In this document: piece after piece, positions 42,052 through 56,815 of the stretch
Numbering within the stretch: the first letter of the stretch is position 1
Layout of the letters: each line of letters opens with the position of its first letter
NCBI GenBank assembly: GCA_951406725.2
Contig: OX597833.1
Location: 69,688,001 to 69,752,000 of the forward strand
DNA: 64,000 bases
Source of the DNA: Octopus vulgaris
Lineage: Eukaryota
Direction: 5' to 3'
The notes under the pieces: generated by a model
Told to the model about the DNA's origin: nothing
Databases searched by the model: none
The model's input: the letters and a program-made list of their open reading frames with translations, nothing else
Program-made: the position numbers and the translations under genes

Positions 42052-42399
42052 CAGTAGTAGTAGTAGTAGTAGTAACCCCACGGAGAGAATTTGCTTTGTT
42101 TTCCTTGCTAAATCTATGGGGAAGATGGCATCCTTGTTTCTTGCAAACAAAAACCCCGAGACTGGAAAGATTGACACCGTTAATTTGTTAATTTTGTTCA
42201 TGTTTTTAATGTTGTTAATATGCTCTTCATGGAAATCCATTCAAAGTGGTAGATTCCAGAAGGACGATTTTTTTCGTGAAGAGAAAGTTTGAGCCTAGTG
42301 TTTAATGCGGAGGCTGAATTTGGATATACCAATGGTAATGAGAAGAGAGGAGACCCAAAATCCAGTGGCGGTATCTGACCAACCAGTTCCACGTAACAG

Positions 42400-42808
42400 G
42401 GGCCAATATAATGGCTTCAAATTTTGGTCCTGGCAGAGTGGGTTTTGAAGGAAGAAGAAAGTCGATTAAATCCACTTCATTACTTGACTGATGCTTATTC
42501 TATCGACCTCGAAGGGATGAATGGCAAAGAGTATTCGGCGGAATTTGAACTCAGGAAGTAAAGCCGGGCGAAATACCTATTTCTTTACTACACACATGGA
42601 GCTAAACACAGAGGGGACAAACAAGGACAGACAAACGGATTAAGTCGATTACATCGACCCCAGTGCGTAACTGGTACTTCTTTAATCGACCACGAAAGGA
42701 TGAAAGGCAAAGTCGACCTCGGCGGAATTTGAACTCAAAACGTAGCGGCAGACGAAATACTGCAAAACATATCGCCCGGCGTGCTAACGTTTCTGCCATT
42801 TCACCGCG
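42400..42808 (-). mobile_element. Young SINE A (~42571-42760) nested in an older SINE A
   Basis: Minus strand: diverged head gcggtgaaatggcag, near-consensus body, tail aaagaaataggtatt, then tcgcccggc...gagttcaaattccgccg of the older copy. Confidence 0.85.
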
Positions 42809-43113
42809 TTAGTAGAGGTATATATATTAACAAGAGCGGCAACAGTCAAGTTATGTACCAGACACAGAAGTGCGTCTGTTAGGGATAGTCAGTGGAGCGT
42901 TTCATGATTCGAGTATGCATAGCAACGACAACATCGTGTGTGTGGGAGCAGAACGCCAGTGTGGACCTTGCTTTGGCCTTACAATGTGTCAGCAGCTGAT
43001 GGCGGTTGAAATATATTTCGGGCCTATGGCGAAGGGCTTGCATTGAGTATGGGGACCTAGGTATAATGAAGATATGATTTCGTGACTAGTGATAGAGCTT
43101 TTTTTACGTAAAA

Positions 43114-43504
43114 TCTTTATATATAAAAGTCAAGTTGTGTGTCCGTCTCCTACGATTTAGATTCCTAACTACTCCCACATTTTGCGGTGCAGTTTAACCA
43201 AAACCGGGTATCGTGATTCATATCGAGCCCTTCTGGGTATTAGCACGCGTCTACGATGAGTCTACGATTTTAAAAATAATATACCATCATTTTTTTCCAT
43301 TTTAATGCATTTTTTTCGCTATTATATAAGGGAAGTAACTCTCTAAAAATGTCTACGATGAGTCAACGATTCTTAAAAAAATTTACCATCATTTTTTTTT
43401 CCATTTTTAATGCATTTCTTTGCTATTTTTTGGCTATAACTCTCTAAAAATGCTTTATAGTTATTTCCCTTACAAACCCGAGCAACGCCGGGCGATACTG
43501 CTAG
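43114..43504 (+). mobile_element. Non-autonomous Helitron, family H1
   Basis: a|TCTTTATATATAAAAG...cccgagcaacgccgggcgatactgCTAG|t. Confidence 0.92.
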
Positions 43505-44150
43505 TAATATATAATATGCTTTATGTTCGCAGAGCTCTGTACCCGATCACAATAAATAAGCATCTCAGGTTTTCTGTTTTGTGTTACGTTTGTTTTTCAA
43601 CTCAGACAAATCAGGAACAACAAAAACTTGATAAAGATTAAATTATTATTTGCGACATAAACATTGTAGAAATATTAACGAAAGCAGACGAATGTAATAT
43701 CCTGAAACGACATATTTGGAATAGACACAAAAAACGGTTTCAAGCGTCGAAGATTTTTTAAATGTCTCTCATTGAATATGTATGCGTGTGTGCGTTCGTA
43801 CACGTATGTGTGTGGATGTGTGTGTACGTATACATACATGTGAAGATGCGGGGCGAAGTGGTTGATGTTCGGAGAGCTCTGACATCGGTAACTATAACTA
43901 TGACTCATTTTTTTTCTACTTTACGTTACGGGCATTCTCAAATTAGACAAATCATGAACAACACAACTCACGATCGAGAGATAGTGGTTTCGATTCCCAG
44001 ACTGGCGGTGCGCATGTTTATGTGCAAAACACTAGAGTTCACTCAGCTGCAAATAGATAAACCTGCTGCGACGGACAAATTCTCATCCGGAAGCATTTTG
44101 ACCATCGCTGTATAACGACATGGAAAAAATCTGACCGATTCAGTGACATA

Positions 44151-44226
<76 letters not shown>

Positions 44227-44229
<3 letters not shown>

Positions 44230-44592
44230 ATATATAAACGGCAGTTTGTCTGTGCGTGTTTCTGTGTGTCTGTTTGCTTGTACCCTCACCCTGACCACGG
44301 CTTTCAACCGATTCTGATGAAACTTGACACACACATAGCCCAATGTCATAATTCAAAACTAACGCAGCGAAAATTTTGAAAAGTTCCCCCAGTTCTGAAA
44401 AAATCGATAAATTCGACATGGGGTCGAGAATCAGAAACACGAACCACAAACTGTCTAGGGGACGCAACTCCATCCTTTTTTAACTCTCAAAAAAAATTTA
44501 CCATTTTTTTTCCATTTTTGGCTATAACTCTCTAAAAATGCTTTATAGTTATTTCCCTTACAAACCTGAGCAACGCCGGGCGATACTGCTAG
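44227..44592 (+). mobile_element. Non-autonomous Helitron H2 (different 5' body, H1-type 3' end) inserted in (TA)n
   Basis: a|TCTATATATAAACGG...cctgagcaacgccgggcgatactgCTAG|t; last ~105 bp shared with H1. Confidence 0.88.
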
Positions 44593-44604
44593 TATATATA
44601 TATA

Positions 44605-44735
44605 TATTGTTTTATTTATATTTCCTGAGCGCCATACTAATACAATTGTTTGTTTGTATTCCACCTGCCTTCGTCTTTTGTTTATTTCCGTAAACCTGCC
44701 TTTGTCTTTTGTCTATTTTCATAAAGCTTCCCGTT
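44605..44735 (+). repeat. Short interspersed repeat with internal tandem duplication; second copy at ~56033-56076
   Basis: cacctgccttcgtcttttgtttattt..cataaagcttcccgttata followed by (TA)n at both sites. Confidence 0.7.
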
Positions 44736-44801
44736 ATATATATATATATATATATATGTGGGTGGGTGGGTGTGTAAATAAAAAAACCCGGAACGTTTGC
44801 G

Positions 44802-45004
44802 TAACGGACGACGATAAAAAAACATACGGACAGATGGACGATACAAAAGACGGACAGGAAAGCAGACTCAAGTGTAACAGTCTGAAAATGTAATGATGAT
44901 TGAAAGCTTGACTGATGAATAGAAACCCACGAATATTCCGTCTTGGTTTTCCTGTCCATCTTTGTATGGCCCATGTGTCTGTATGATTTTATTGTTGTCC
45001 ATTA
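44802..45004. repeat. Diverged inverted repeat, ~65-bp arms
   Basis: ~44802-44867 matches the reverse complement of ~44939-45004. Confidence 0.75.
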
Positions 45005-45052
45005 TGTTGTTCTCCCGTTTTGCTTAACCTATATATACATATTGTTCAGCTT

Positions 45053-45102
<50 letters not shown>

Positions 45103-45354
45103 AGAGAGAGAGAAAGAAAGTGACAGACATGCAAACAGACAGATATATATATATATATATGTGTGTATATATATATATACATATATTTATATATATATAT
45201 ATATATCGCCTGAAGGACCTGGGCTTCTGTCGGAATCCTACGATGATTCTAAAATTAGGTTGCGTGCATATTTGAGTGTGTATTAGACAGACAAATGTGT
45301 AGGCAGACAGACAAACAGACAGAGACATAGAGACAGACAGATGCATACATAGGT

Positions 45355-45602
<248 letters not shown>

Positions 45603-46118
45603 ACATATTCATATAATTAGCTTGTCGTCTTATATCTAACTATAACTAAATACATTTTTCCACATTCGGAGCATTGCGTAAATACATTCTCTCAATTTGG
45701 CAACATTAGATATTTATTTTTAACAATCATTTTTATTTTCAGGAGAAAAATGAATATTTCTAAATATCACATTTTCTAATCTAACCTTTGCAAATATGCA
45801 TTGAGTTAAGATAATTTATTTTTCCATTATTACGATATATGTATTTTTTTTTTATATATATATATATATTTTTTTTTTAAGAAGCAATTGTATCTGTTTG
45901 CAACAAAGACCGATCTGAAGAGTAAAATTCAATTACCTGTCATGCTAAAAATGTGTGATAAAAACTGACACATCATCTCTGGAAGTGATATCAGATTTTC
46001 AGATTTTAGCGTATCATTTCCTGTTCTGCAGACGCTATTGACATTATTATCATCTTTTTCTTTCTTTCTCCGCTGATTACATATAAATATATACACACAC
46101 ACACATAGGTATATGCAT

Positions 46119-46158
<40 letters not shown>

Positions 46159-46174
46159 ATACACACATATATAA

Positions 46175-46247
<73 letters not shown>

Positions 46248-46437
46248 CACACATATATATATGTGTGTGTGTATGTATCTAAACAGGCCTGTTTCTATTA
46301 CTGGATGCGATTATGATTGGTTATATTAAGTTACCGCTAAAAAAAGAAATCGTTTCTAATTTTCTTTTTACCCAACTTTACTAAACTGTCGCTCCATTAT
46401 ATAAATTTTGTTTACTCGTGAGTTCCTTCAATTGTGA

Positions 46438-46497
<60 letters not shown>

Positions 46498-46542
46498 GAT
46501 CTGTGTCTATATATATATGTAAATATATACATATATATGTAA

Positions 46543-46592
<50 letters not shown>

Positions 46593-46630
46593 ATATTTCG
46601 GAATGGTCATTTTGCCAGTTTAGCCAATAA

Positions 46631-46661
<31 letters not shown>

Positions 46662-46667
46662 TGTATG

Positions 46668-46826
46668 TATACTTATTCTTTGTAAGCCTAGTAGTTATTC
46701 GATCGGTCAGTTTTGCTGAACCGCCAAGTTTTAGATACATAAAGACACCAGCATCTGTTGTCAAGCGATGGTTGAGGGGAAGAAATCCAGACACAAAGAC
46801 ACACACACATAGATATATATACATAC

Positions 46827-46874
<48 letters not shown>

Positions 46875-47000
46875 GACGGGCTTCTTTCAATTTCCTTCCA
46901 CCAAATGCACTTACAAGTGATTAGACGGCCCGACGTCATATTAGAAGACACTCACCCAAGGTGCCACGCAGTGGGACTGAACCCGGAACCATGTGGTTGT
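46668..47000 (-). mobile_element. SINE family C, truncated at both ends
   Basis: tacttattctttgtaagcctag...cccaaggtgccacgcagtgggactgaacccggaaccatgtggttg. Confidence 0.8.
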
Positions 47001-47157
47001 TGGCAGCTTTGTAGCATGTAACTACATAACAATCGCGTTAATCAAGCGGGAATGTCTTCACATATTACGAACAATATTATTAATAATACTTAATCGCTTA
47101 TGAAATAATTAGTACTCGATATATAAATACACACATATATATATAGATATACATATA

Positions 47158-47234
<77 letters not shown>

Positions 47235-47488
47235 TATATGTATATGCATGTGTGCGTGTGTATGCATATATAAGTGACGTTGTTGTTTCTGGGGTGTATA
47301 CATTTCCATATTTGTGACGCTATCTTGGTGGGCGAATAATATGAAAGATTAAATAAGGCTTGAAGAATAATTGATGAGTTTAGATCGAGTTTAAACGGTG
47401 AAGCTAGGAGAGCAATGATAAATTGGAATGTGATAGGCCAAGTGTAGCATCAATTACAACGATTTTATCTCTGAAACTATGACTATAT

Positions 47489-47556
<68 letters not shown>

Positions 47557-47824
47557 TAAATAAAATTAATAATAATGAACAGGAGAGGAAGGGTGAGGAG
47601 AGACATATGAGAGTGAGAGAGAAACAACGTTAATAATAATAATTCTTGATTGAAATTTAGCAATTAAGCCCGGTAATTTGCAGGGAGAGAGGGAGGTTAA
47701 ACGATAATATTGGTACACCACATACATACACACATACAAACCCAGTGCTACTTGTCACGCGGAAAAAATGACGAAGTTCTACTGAGCGGGATATTCAGTC
47801 AGAGCGAATAATAGTAATAATAAA

Positions 47825-48039
47825 CATCTTTTCTACTATAATGCCTGAACATTTGGTGGGAGAGAATTGGGTGTAGACGATTATATCGACCTCAGTGTTT
47901 AACTGGTACTTAGATTATCGACCTCGAAAGAATTAAAAGCCAAGTTGAACTCGGCTGAATTTGAACTCACAACGTCTTTAAGACGGACGAAGTGCCGCAA
48001 AGCTATGACTCTGCAAGCGCGCCATCTGCAATGATAAAA

Positions 48040-48084
<45 letters not shown>

Positions 48085-48144
48085 TAATAACAACAACAAT
48101 AATAATAACAATAATAATAATAATAGTGATAATAATAATAATAA

Positions 48145-48217
<73 letters not shown>

Positions 48218-48345
48218 CCTTTCTACTCGTGATACAAGGCCTGGAAATTTGTGGGACAAAGCAGTCGATTACGTGTTTCACTGGTACTTAAATTATCGAC
48301 CCTGAAAGGATGAAAGGCAAAGTTGACCTCGGCAGAATTTGAACA
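47825..48345 (-). mobile_element. Two old SINE A fragments separated by an (AAT)n array (48040-48212)
   Basis: aactggtactt..attatcgacc..gaaag..aaag.caa.gttga.ctcggc.gaatttgaac appears at ~47900 and ~48280. Confidence 0.7.
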
Positions 48346-48351
48346 TCATGC

Positions 48352-48450
<99 letters not shown>

Positions 48451-49126
48451 TATATATATACATACATATATATACGCATATTTGCACACAGGCATGCTAC
48501 TCATATACACAATATCGTACTTTCACGGTAGATGCAAATCGTAGGTTGTCTCTGATACATCATCACCAGTGACGTTGCTGGGATCATAGCGGCATACATA
48601 TGTCACTCTCTGTATGTGAGTTTGTCTAAAGGCTGCAGTGTATGTAAGAGTGTACATACATATGCGCGTATGAGTGTATGTCTATATATTTATATATATA
48701 TATGTACGCATGTAATACATACATTGTTTATGCCTCGTTCAGCGATTTACTATTGATTGTTGCCACTTTTTCGAGATCAGTGACTTTTTTCGTCATTGTA
48801 AAAATTATATATATTTGCATTGAGAACCACTTCCCATATCGCCAACCGGTGGTTGTCCAACGATGATGACGGCCCAATACTCAGAAACCGGGGTCCGTGT
48901 GTATCACGTCAGGCTGGAAATGGGAACGATGACTTCCCTTTGCAAATACTAATAGGGCACAGATAGTGTGTCAATAGCCAGCTGGAGGAGATGTCTCTCT
49001 GGGGCTACAAGCTACAGTAGCATCGACCCTTTAGGTGGCAAATATTCATCCTGAATCTTTGTAGAGAACATTATTTTCTTTGTGGTTAAATAGTACGATG
49101 CCCACTTAGTGGTCATCCTTTCTTAT

Positions 49127-49184
<58 letters not shown>

Positions 49185-49294
49185 ATATGTATATTTTTAT
49201 TAATATTTGCCAGAAGATACCGATGTGACTCAATGTCCGAGGTTTGCGTGTGTTGAACTCACGAAACTCGGATCTTGAATCACTCTGTTACTAC

Positions 49295-49371
<77 letters not shown>

Positions 49372-50242
49372 TGAGACTAAGAAAACAGAGAGAAAGCTAC
49401 GAGAGGGGATCTTGTACAATTATAATTTAGCTTTTTCAGCTAAACTGAAACATAAACTTTTGTCGAATTGCAAGAAAATAACTTTTTATGACCTAATTAA
49501 TTGAGAAAACTTTGTCATGACACTAATTAGATATGCAGAATAAGGCGCAGAAAATATTTTCTCAGCAAAAATTGATTTTAATTATATTGTAAATCTATAT
49601 AATTAAGATTTTTAGACTAAATTGTTTACGATAGAATTATGAATACTGAATATTAGGATTATAATTTTGTCGCTGGGTCTGAAAGAAATCCTAGAGTTCA
49701 TTTTCTGTAATTATCGTAATTATAGGGTAATTAAAGCAGCGAGTAGAGGGATAGGTATTGCACAGTTGCAGATTCAACATGAGATTGTTTGTCGCGCTCT
49801 GCTTCAGTCTTACATATAGTGTTATTATTGTAAGTGGCTGAGTATTCCTGAATCATTAACAGTTTTTATGCAGAAAGCACAAGCAATATGTAAAGAACAC
49901 CAAACGCATTTCACACATATCGAAATCTGTCAAAAAATTACATATTCATTCATTTTCAATAAATTCCGGTTGGTTCGAACGCGGAAATGCTTATCACTGT
50001 CGTATTCTATCAATGTGGAATAACAATCTTTTCAGAGAATATCTGTTCACAACACTCGTTTCACTGAAGTAAATACGGTTTTAGACATCACTCTGTATCA
50101 ACTCGGTTGCGTAGCTTCATATAAATCTACCGGGAATTCTGGCACTGCCAGGCCAGGGATCTTTGCTGATTATCCATAGATCCCAACCCGAACGTTGTCC
50201 TGAACAGGCGGGTGTATATATGAAGTAGTATGAAGTAGCTAT

Positions 50243-50462
50243 GATCGGGGCTAAATATGTTTCATAGCGAGTGGAATCTCAGAAGTGATAAACATCCAGG
50301 AGAGGTGTATACCGCAGGCCGAGGATATCTTCATTAAATGAAAGTTTTCATTGGCTCGAGGAAGTATATGTTAATGCATGGAAGATTCACTCAATTTCAC
50401 CTCGCCTGGATATTTACCACTTCTGAGTTTCCGCTCGCTATGAAACATATGTAGCCCAGATC
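50243..50462. mobile_element. MITE-like element with 65-bp inverted repeats
   Basis: 50243-50307 matches the reverse complement of 50398-50462 with about 7 mismatches and a 90-bp spacer. No clear TSD. Confidence 0.7.
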
Positions 50463-50707
50463 TCATCTACTCGATTCTGTAACTCTTCTATTCTTATTCG
50501 TAAACAAGGAAATCCTGGTCGCCAACCGCGAAATGTAAAAAGAACTTTTTTTCAGTTTATTGTACTTCGATACGAAAAAAAGTCCGAAACTTTCCCTCTG
50601 AATAATACACTATTGTTCCCAAAAGTTTATATATATATATATGTATATATAGTTACTACGGATTGCATGAAGCTAACTTTCTTCCTACACCTCGACCCTT
50701 GGGTTTT

Positions 50708-50769
<62 letters not shown>

Positions 50770-50867
50770 TCAATATAGGGTGGAAAAAAAAATTTTGTAG
50801 AATTTTTTTGCCACCAGCGGCCTAGTGGGAAAAAATTAAATAGTCATAGACCATTTATAAGTTCAAC

Positions 50868-51501
50868 ATCACAATCAAGGAACGGCCATAATAGGCCATT
50901 CACCCACTAGAAATAACAGCCAAAGCTTAAACCGCAAAAATAACATTAATTCCGTAAACCAGGAGAAAATTAAAAAAACATTTACCCTGTAATTTCTTAT
51001 ACGATGCACCGTTTCATCTACTGTTTAATGGTAAACTAACCTGATTAAATTAAATCAAGCCAATCTTCCATAGGCCCTTAGATTCCTCAGTAAGAAATAG
51101 CCAGAACGGAACAGATATTTTCACGGGGCATTTCTGTCCCGAGGCGGAATCGGCGGCTTATATTTATTTGCTGCCGATAAATTTGGCGCGAGTGCGATGA
51201 TTTGAAAATTTTAGGTCAGATATTGCCGAGGTTGGGACAGAAATGCCTCGTGAAAATATCTGTTCCGTTCTGGCTATTTCTTACTGAGGAATCTAAGGGC
51301 CTATGGAAGATTGGCTTGATTTAATTTAATCAGGTTAGTTTACCATTAAACAGTAGATGAAACGGTGCATCGTATAAGAAATTACAGGGTAAATGTTTTT
51401 TTAATTTTCTCCTGGTTTACGGAATTAATGTTATTTTTGCGGTTGAAGCTTTGGCTGTTATTTCTAGTGGGTGAATGGCCTATTATGGCCGTTCCTTGAT
51501 T

Positions 51502-51506
<5 letters not shown>
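50868..51506. repeat. Near-perfect foldback: 273-bp arms, 93-bp spacer
   Basis: 50868-51140 is the reverse complement of 51234-51506, with two mismatches seen. Confidence 0.95.
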
Positions 51507-51583
<77 letters not shown>

Positions 51584-51643
51584 CATATAAATATACAGAC
51601 ATCTAAGTGTCTGCATCTAAATATGCGTTTGTATATACGTATG

Positions 51644-51701
<58 letters not shown>

Positions 51702-51784
51702 TGCATGTGTGTTTATATATATATGTTTGTGTGTTTATTTATATTTATATATGTACATTCACTCACACAAACATCATACATATT

Positions 51785-51997
51785 TATTATTATTATCATT
51801 ATCATTATTATCCTATTACTATTATTATCATTATTATTATTATTATCATTATTAATATTATTACTATAATTATTACTACTACTACTATTATTATTATTAT
51901 TATTATTATCATTATTATTATTATTATTACTATAATTATTACTATTACTATTATTATTATTATTATTATTATCATTATTATTATTATTATTATTATT
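51785..51997. repeat. (ATT)n array
   Basis: Directly visible. Confidence 0.95.
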
Positions 51998-52709
51998 ACA
52001 TTCATATTACATTGAAACAACAACGACAGTGATCCAAACATCCTGTCAACATTATAAATATTAAATAAGGTTTAATGGCGTTATCAAAGTATATTTCTAT
52101 TTGAAATATCAATATTTAAAACCGTCCATTCGAAAATTAACAGCAAACGCAAGTTTTAAACACTGGGAAAATATCTTCCGTGATGCAACAGAATTAACGT
52201 TTTCATTGATATAATGGATAGTTACGTGATAAACACATTCGCATGTTAATTTTTGTCCATTATTTGCATGGTAAATGGTTACATGGTGAAATTCCATTGT
52301 CTTCATATAGACTCGGAATATGTTGCCAAAATGAAACTGCAACAAAGGGTAACATTTATATGAGTTTAATGATGTAATCACACTATAGAATGTTATGAAT
52401 AATAGATAGGAGTGAGAATAAAGAGGTGAGTGATTTTTAGATGTCTTCGCAGGAGTTAATATATGATTGAACACAGAGCAGGATGGCTTGTTTAATCTTT
52501 CATAAAAGGAAATATAATGTAATATTAAGTTCAAATGAAAATTGTATTCAGGCAGACTTTTTTTGTTGTTAACACAAAATAAGGATTCGACAACGGCGCA
52601 ATGGCGGAATTATTAATAAACTTGTGTTTTTGTGTGACGTTAGTATTCGACACAAGTCGAAATATACGTGTTAATGTATAAACATGTGGGTGTATATGCA
52701 CGAATGTCT

Positions 52710-52752
<43 letters not shown>

Positions 52753-52837
52753 GATACACACACATACATCTCTCTCTCACTCTACCACTCTACTGTATAG
52801 TTAGAAAGACAGAGTGAGAGAGAAAAGAAAACACTTT

Positions 52838-53612
<775 letters not shown>

Positions 53613-54249
53613 GTTTCTAATTGTAGATGTGTATGTATTCACGATAGACTTACTCTCGCCGACTATTGTGTGTGTGTCTGTGTGTACAGAGAGAGAGAGT
53701 GACATCAATAAATAAGATAGATATATGCGTTCATACATAAATACAAAGATGAATAGATAGATAAATGCATGTGCATATAAATTTCAATTCAAATAATAGT
53801 CAAAATGGTACAAAAGATGCAAGACTGTTTCAAGTTAAAACTATGTCTCATTATATGCATTGCTAAGACTTACCCTCTTTCTTTTTTTTTTAATAGCATA
53901 GAAAAAACATGTTAGTACACAAATTACGTGGAAGTTCATATTTTTAATTTAACATACGATTGATATTTTCAAAGGAAATTTAATTACATATTAAAGATTT
54001 TGAAGTTGCTTAAAAGAAAAAAATTGGAATGAGTCCAAAAATTGTAGCTGTAGGGCTAATGATATAGCAATGGAAATTATCCCGTTGGGGTTCTAAGTTT
54101 GATAAGAAGAATTGGTTATTAAAAGTAAAAACTCACTACAAAAGAACTACGAGGTTGTAATAGAATGTCCCCGGACTAATTCTGTTGCGCACCAACAGAT
54201 GGCAGCGCACGTTTGCGTGCGCAGACAGAGCTAGCAGTGACCATCCTGA

Positions 54250-54368
54250 CCAAATCCACTCACAAGTCTTTGGTCGGCCCGAGGCTATAGTAGAAAACAC
54301 TTGCCCAGGCGCAACGTGGTGAAACTGAACCTGGAACCAGTTGATGAGAAGCAAGCTTCTTACCACAG
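54250..54368 (-). mobile_element. SINE family C head fragment
   Basis: ccaaatccactcacaagtctttggtcggcccgaggctatagtag...gcaagcttcttaccaca. Confidence 0.8.
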
Positions 54369-55142
54369 CGAATGAGAGAGTCATCACAAGCTAGAAATGG
54401 CTGGCAAGTGTGCTCCCTGACTCCATTGAGCAGCCGTGTATATAGGGATGCATGTAAAAAGAACCGAAATGTCCTGTAACCCCAATATTGTCACTGACAA
54501 TCGCTATCACGTACGCCATTGTATAATATAAGAACGCCAGTCGCCATTGCAAATGATGCAAGTTCGTCTTCGACGGGCACCCTTTGACCCTTTCTATCTA
54601 AAACGGGGGATATTTTCGCACATTTTTTATACGTTACTATCAGAGATATTATTGTAGGTTTTTCTGCTTCGATATGTACCGATCCAAACTTGAAAATTCT
54701 TAATTCTTATAACGTAGAATTCATTGTGTTAAATAAAAATTCCTAGTTTCGTAATATATTTCACAGTGGTATAATATGATACGTAATTGGAATAACTTAT
54801 AATAGCCTATCATTCATCAAGACAACGTCCGTATCCTGTCGGTGTTCGACTAGTCTCCATTAGCAACTGTTATTTCTTTTTACCAAAGACATCTGCTTAT
54901 TTAATAACATACAAATTATTTATTTCATAATGCATATATTTTATCTGTTTCATTTGTATCATATCTAATTGCTATTACATTTATAGTTACACAACTGGAT
55001 GTTGCTGTAATATAAAATTGTGAATTGTATGAAAGATATCCAGTTATATAAAAAAGAAAAATTCAATTTTAGTATGTATGTGTACGTGTATAATGTGTAT
55101 GTTTAAAGAACGGCTGTACAATACACACGCATGCGCGCGCAT

Positions 55143-55182
<40 letters not shown>

Positions 55183-55473
55183 CACACACACTGCACACAC
55201 ACACACACACTGATACACACATATTCCCGCACACGCATATATTAGTCTGGTGATGGGGACACAAGAGGAGACTTTAAAAAATGTCGAAAATTGCTCACAC
55301 ATCTCACTGTGAAAGTTAGCTTTTCATGAATTTAGGAACAACCGAATTTGAGCAACAACCGAAAACTCGACCCAACGATCGTGAAACGAGTAGCCTAACC
55401 ACTAAAGCCATGAAATTAGCTGTCCATTAAATATAATACTTCCTTGTCTAATTAAAGTAGTTCAGAGTAAGAG

Positions 55474-55513
55474 TTGTTTGCCAACATAACTCCCACGTTA
55501 TGTTGGCAAACAA
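55474..55513. repeat. Perfect 17-bp-stem hairpin with a 6-nt loop
   Basis: ttgtttgccaacataac tcccac gttatgttggcaaacaa. Confidence 0.9.
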
Positions 55514-56074
55514 TATTTACTACAAAGTAATGTTGCTGAATATCTTTCGTTGTGAGATTTAAAAATAGTAATTTTCTAAAGTAGTCTTGTTATAAAATAT
55601 AACGATCATATATTTATCTGTGTAAATTAATTAATGTGTAGTGTTTGTTTACGCTTTGTAATTTAAAATTACAATCTTTCCTGTTGTAAGTTAATAAATA
55701 AAAAATCAAATAATTGCAAATATATACGTTTGTCAATGATCGTATATTTTCCTATGATAATATATTAGCTAGTGTGAGTCGAATAGTGTTACATTCTCAG
55801 AATGTGTAGATATGGCCAGGAAAGACATTTGTTTTGTTTTTTTATTACTTTTTATTATTCGATGAACGTACAAAAGAACGGAATGCAAACACATTACCAT
55901 AATTCTTGTGACAAGCGGACAACACAGAATATCGTCAATTTGACACGCCTCGTCTTTTACGAACCCATTCCTGCCACTCACCTCTCCCTATATATGTGTG
56001 CGTGTGTGTGTGTTTGTTTGTATGTATGTATATCACCTGCCTTCGTCTTTTGTTTATTTTCATAAAGCTTCCCG

Positions 56075-56206
<132 letters not shown>

Positions 56207-56714
56207 GAATGTATTTTTTCCTTGTTAACAATTAACACGGAAAAAATAGATAACTTCTGTTAAAATGTCTTATTGGGGAGTTTCATTTCTTCACTTCCCT
56301 GAAGAGAAGATTACATTGCTTTGCACCATTTATTCCTTTGAAATAATATCAGTGAAATCTTCGAAACATGTGTCGGAAGTAAAAGTATTTGAATTATACC
56401 TGCGTTAAACTCCATTTATATATATATACCTATCACTATGTACTGCTCTGAAAAAGAGTGTTGGCATCTACGCATTGTGTTCGTGGTGTGTTTAGCTAAG
56501 TGGTGGATGTATCCTGATAAAAGAGCAATAATTCTTGAAATATGAACATATACAAATTACCTATTTTTCTATCATCGACGGCGCTGTTTACTTGGTCTAG
56601 GATATTAAAATCTGAAGGTTCACAAAATTGTATTACATACATATGAGAGGGATGATCACTATGTGAACAAACCTTATGCTAGAAGTAGATCCGCTATGGT
56701 CTTATCACCAAGAA

Positions 56715-56815
56715 ATGTTCGCTCAAAAAACATACACAACGCCCGGTCTGGGAATCGAAACAGCGATCCTCCGACCACGAGTCCGCAGTCCTAACCAATG
56801 GGCCATTACGCCTCC
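56715..56815 (-). mobile_element. SINE family B head fragment
   Basis: acaacgcccggtctgggaatcgaaac...ctaaccaatgggccattacgcctcc. Confidence 0.8.
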
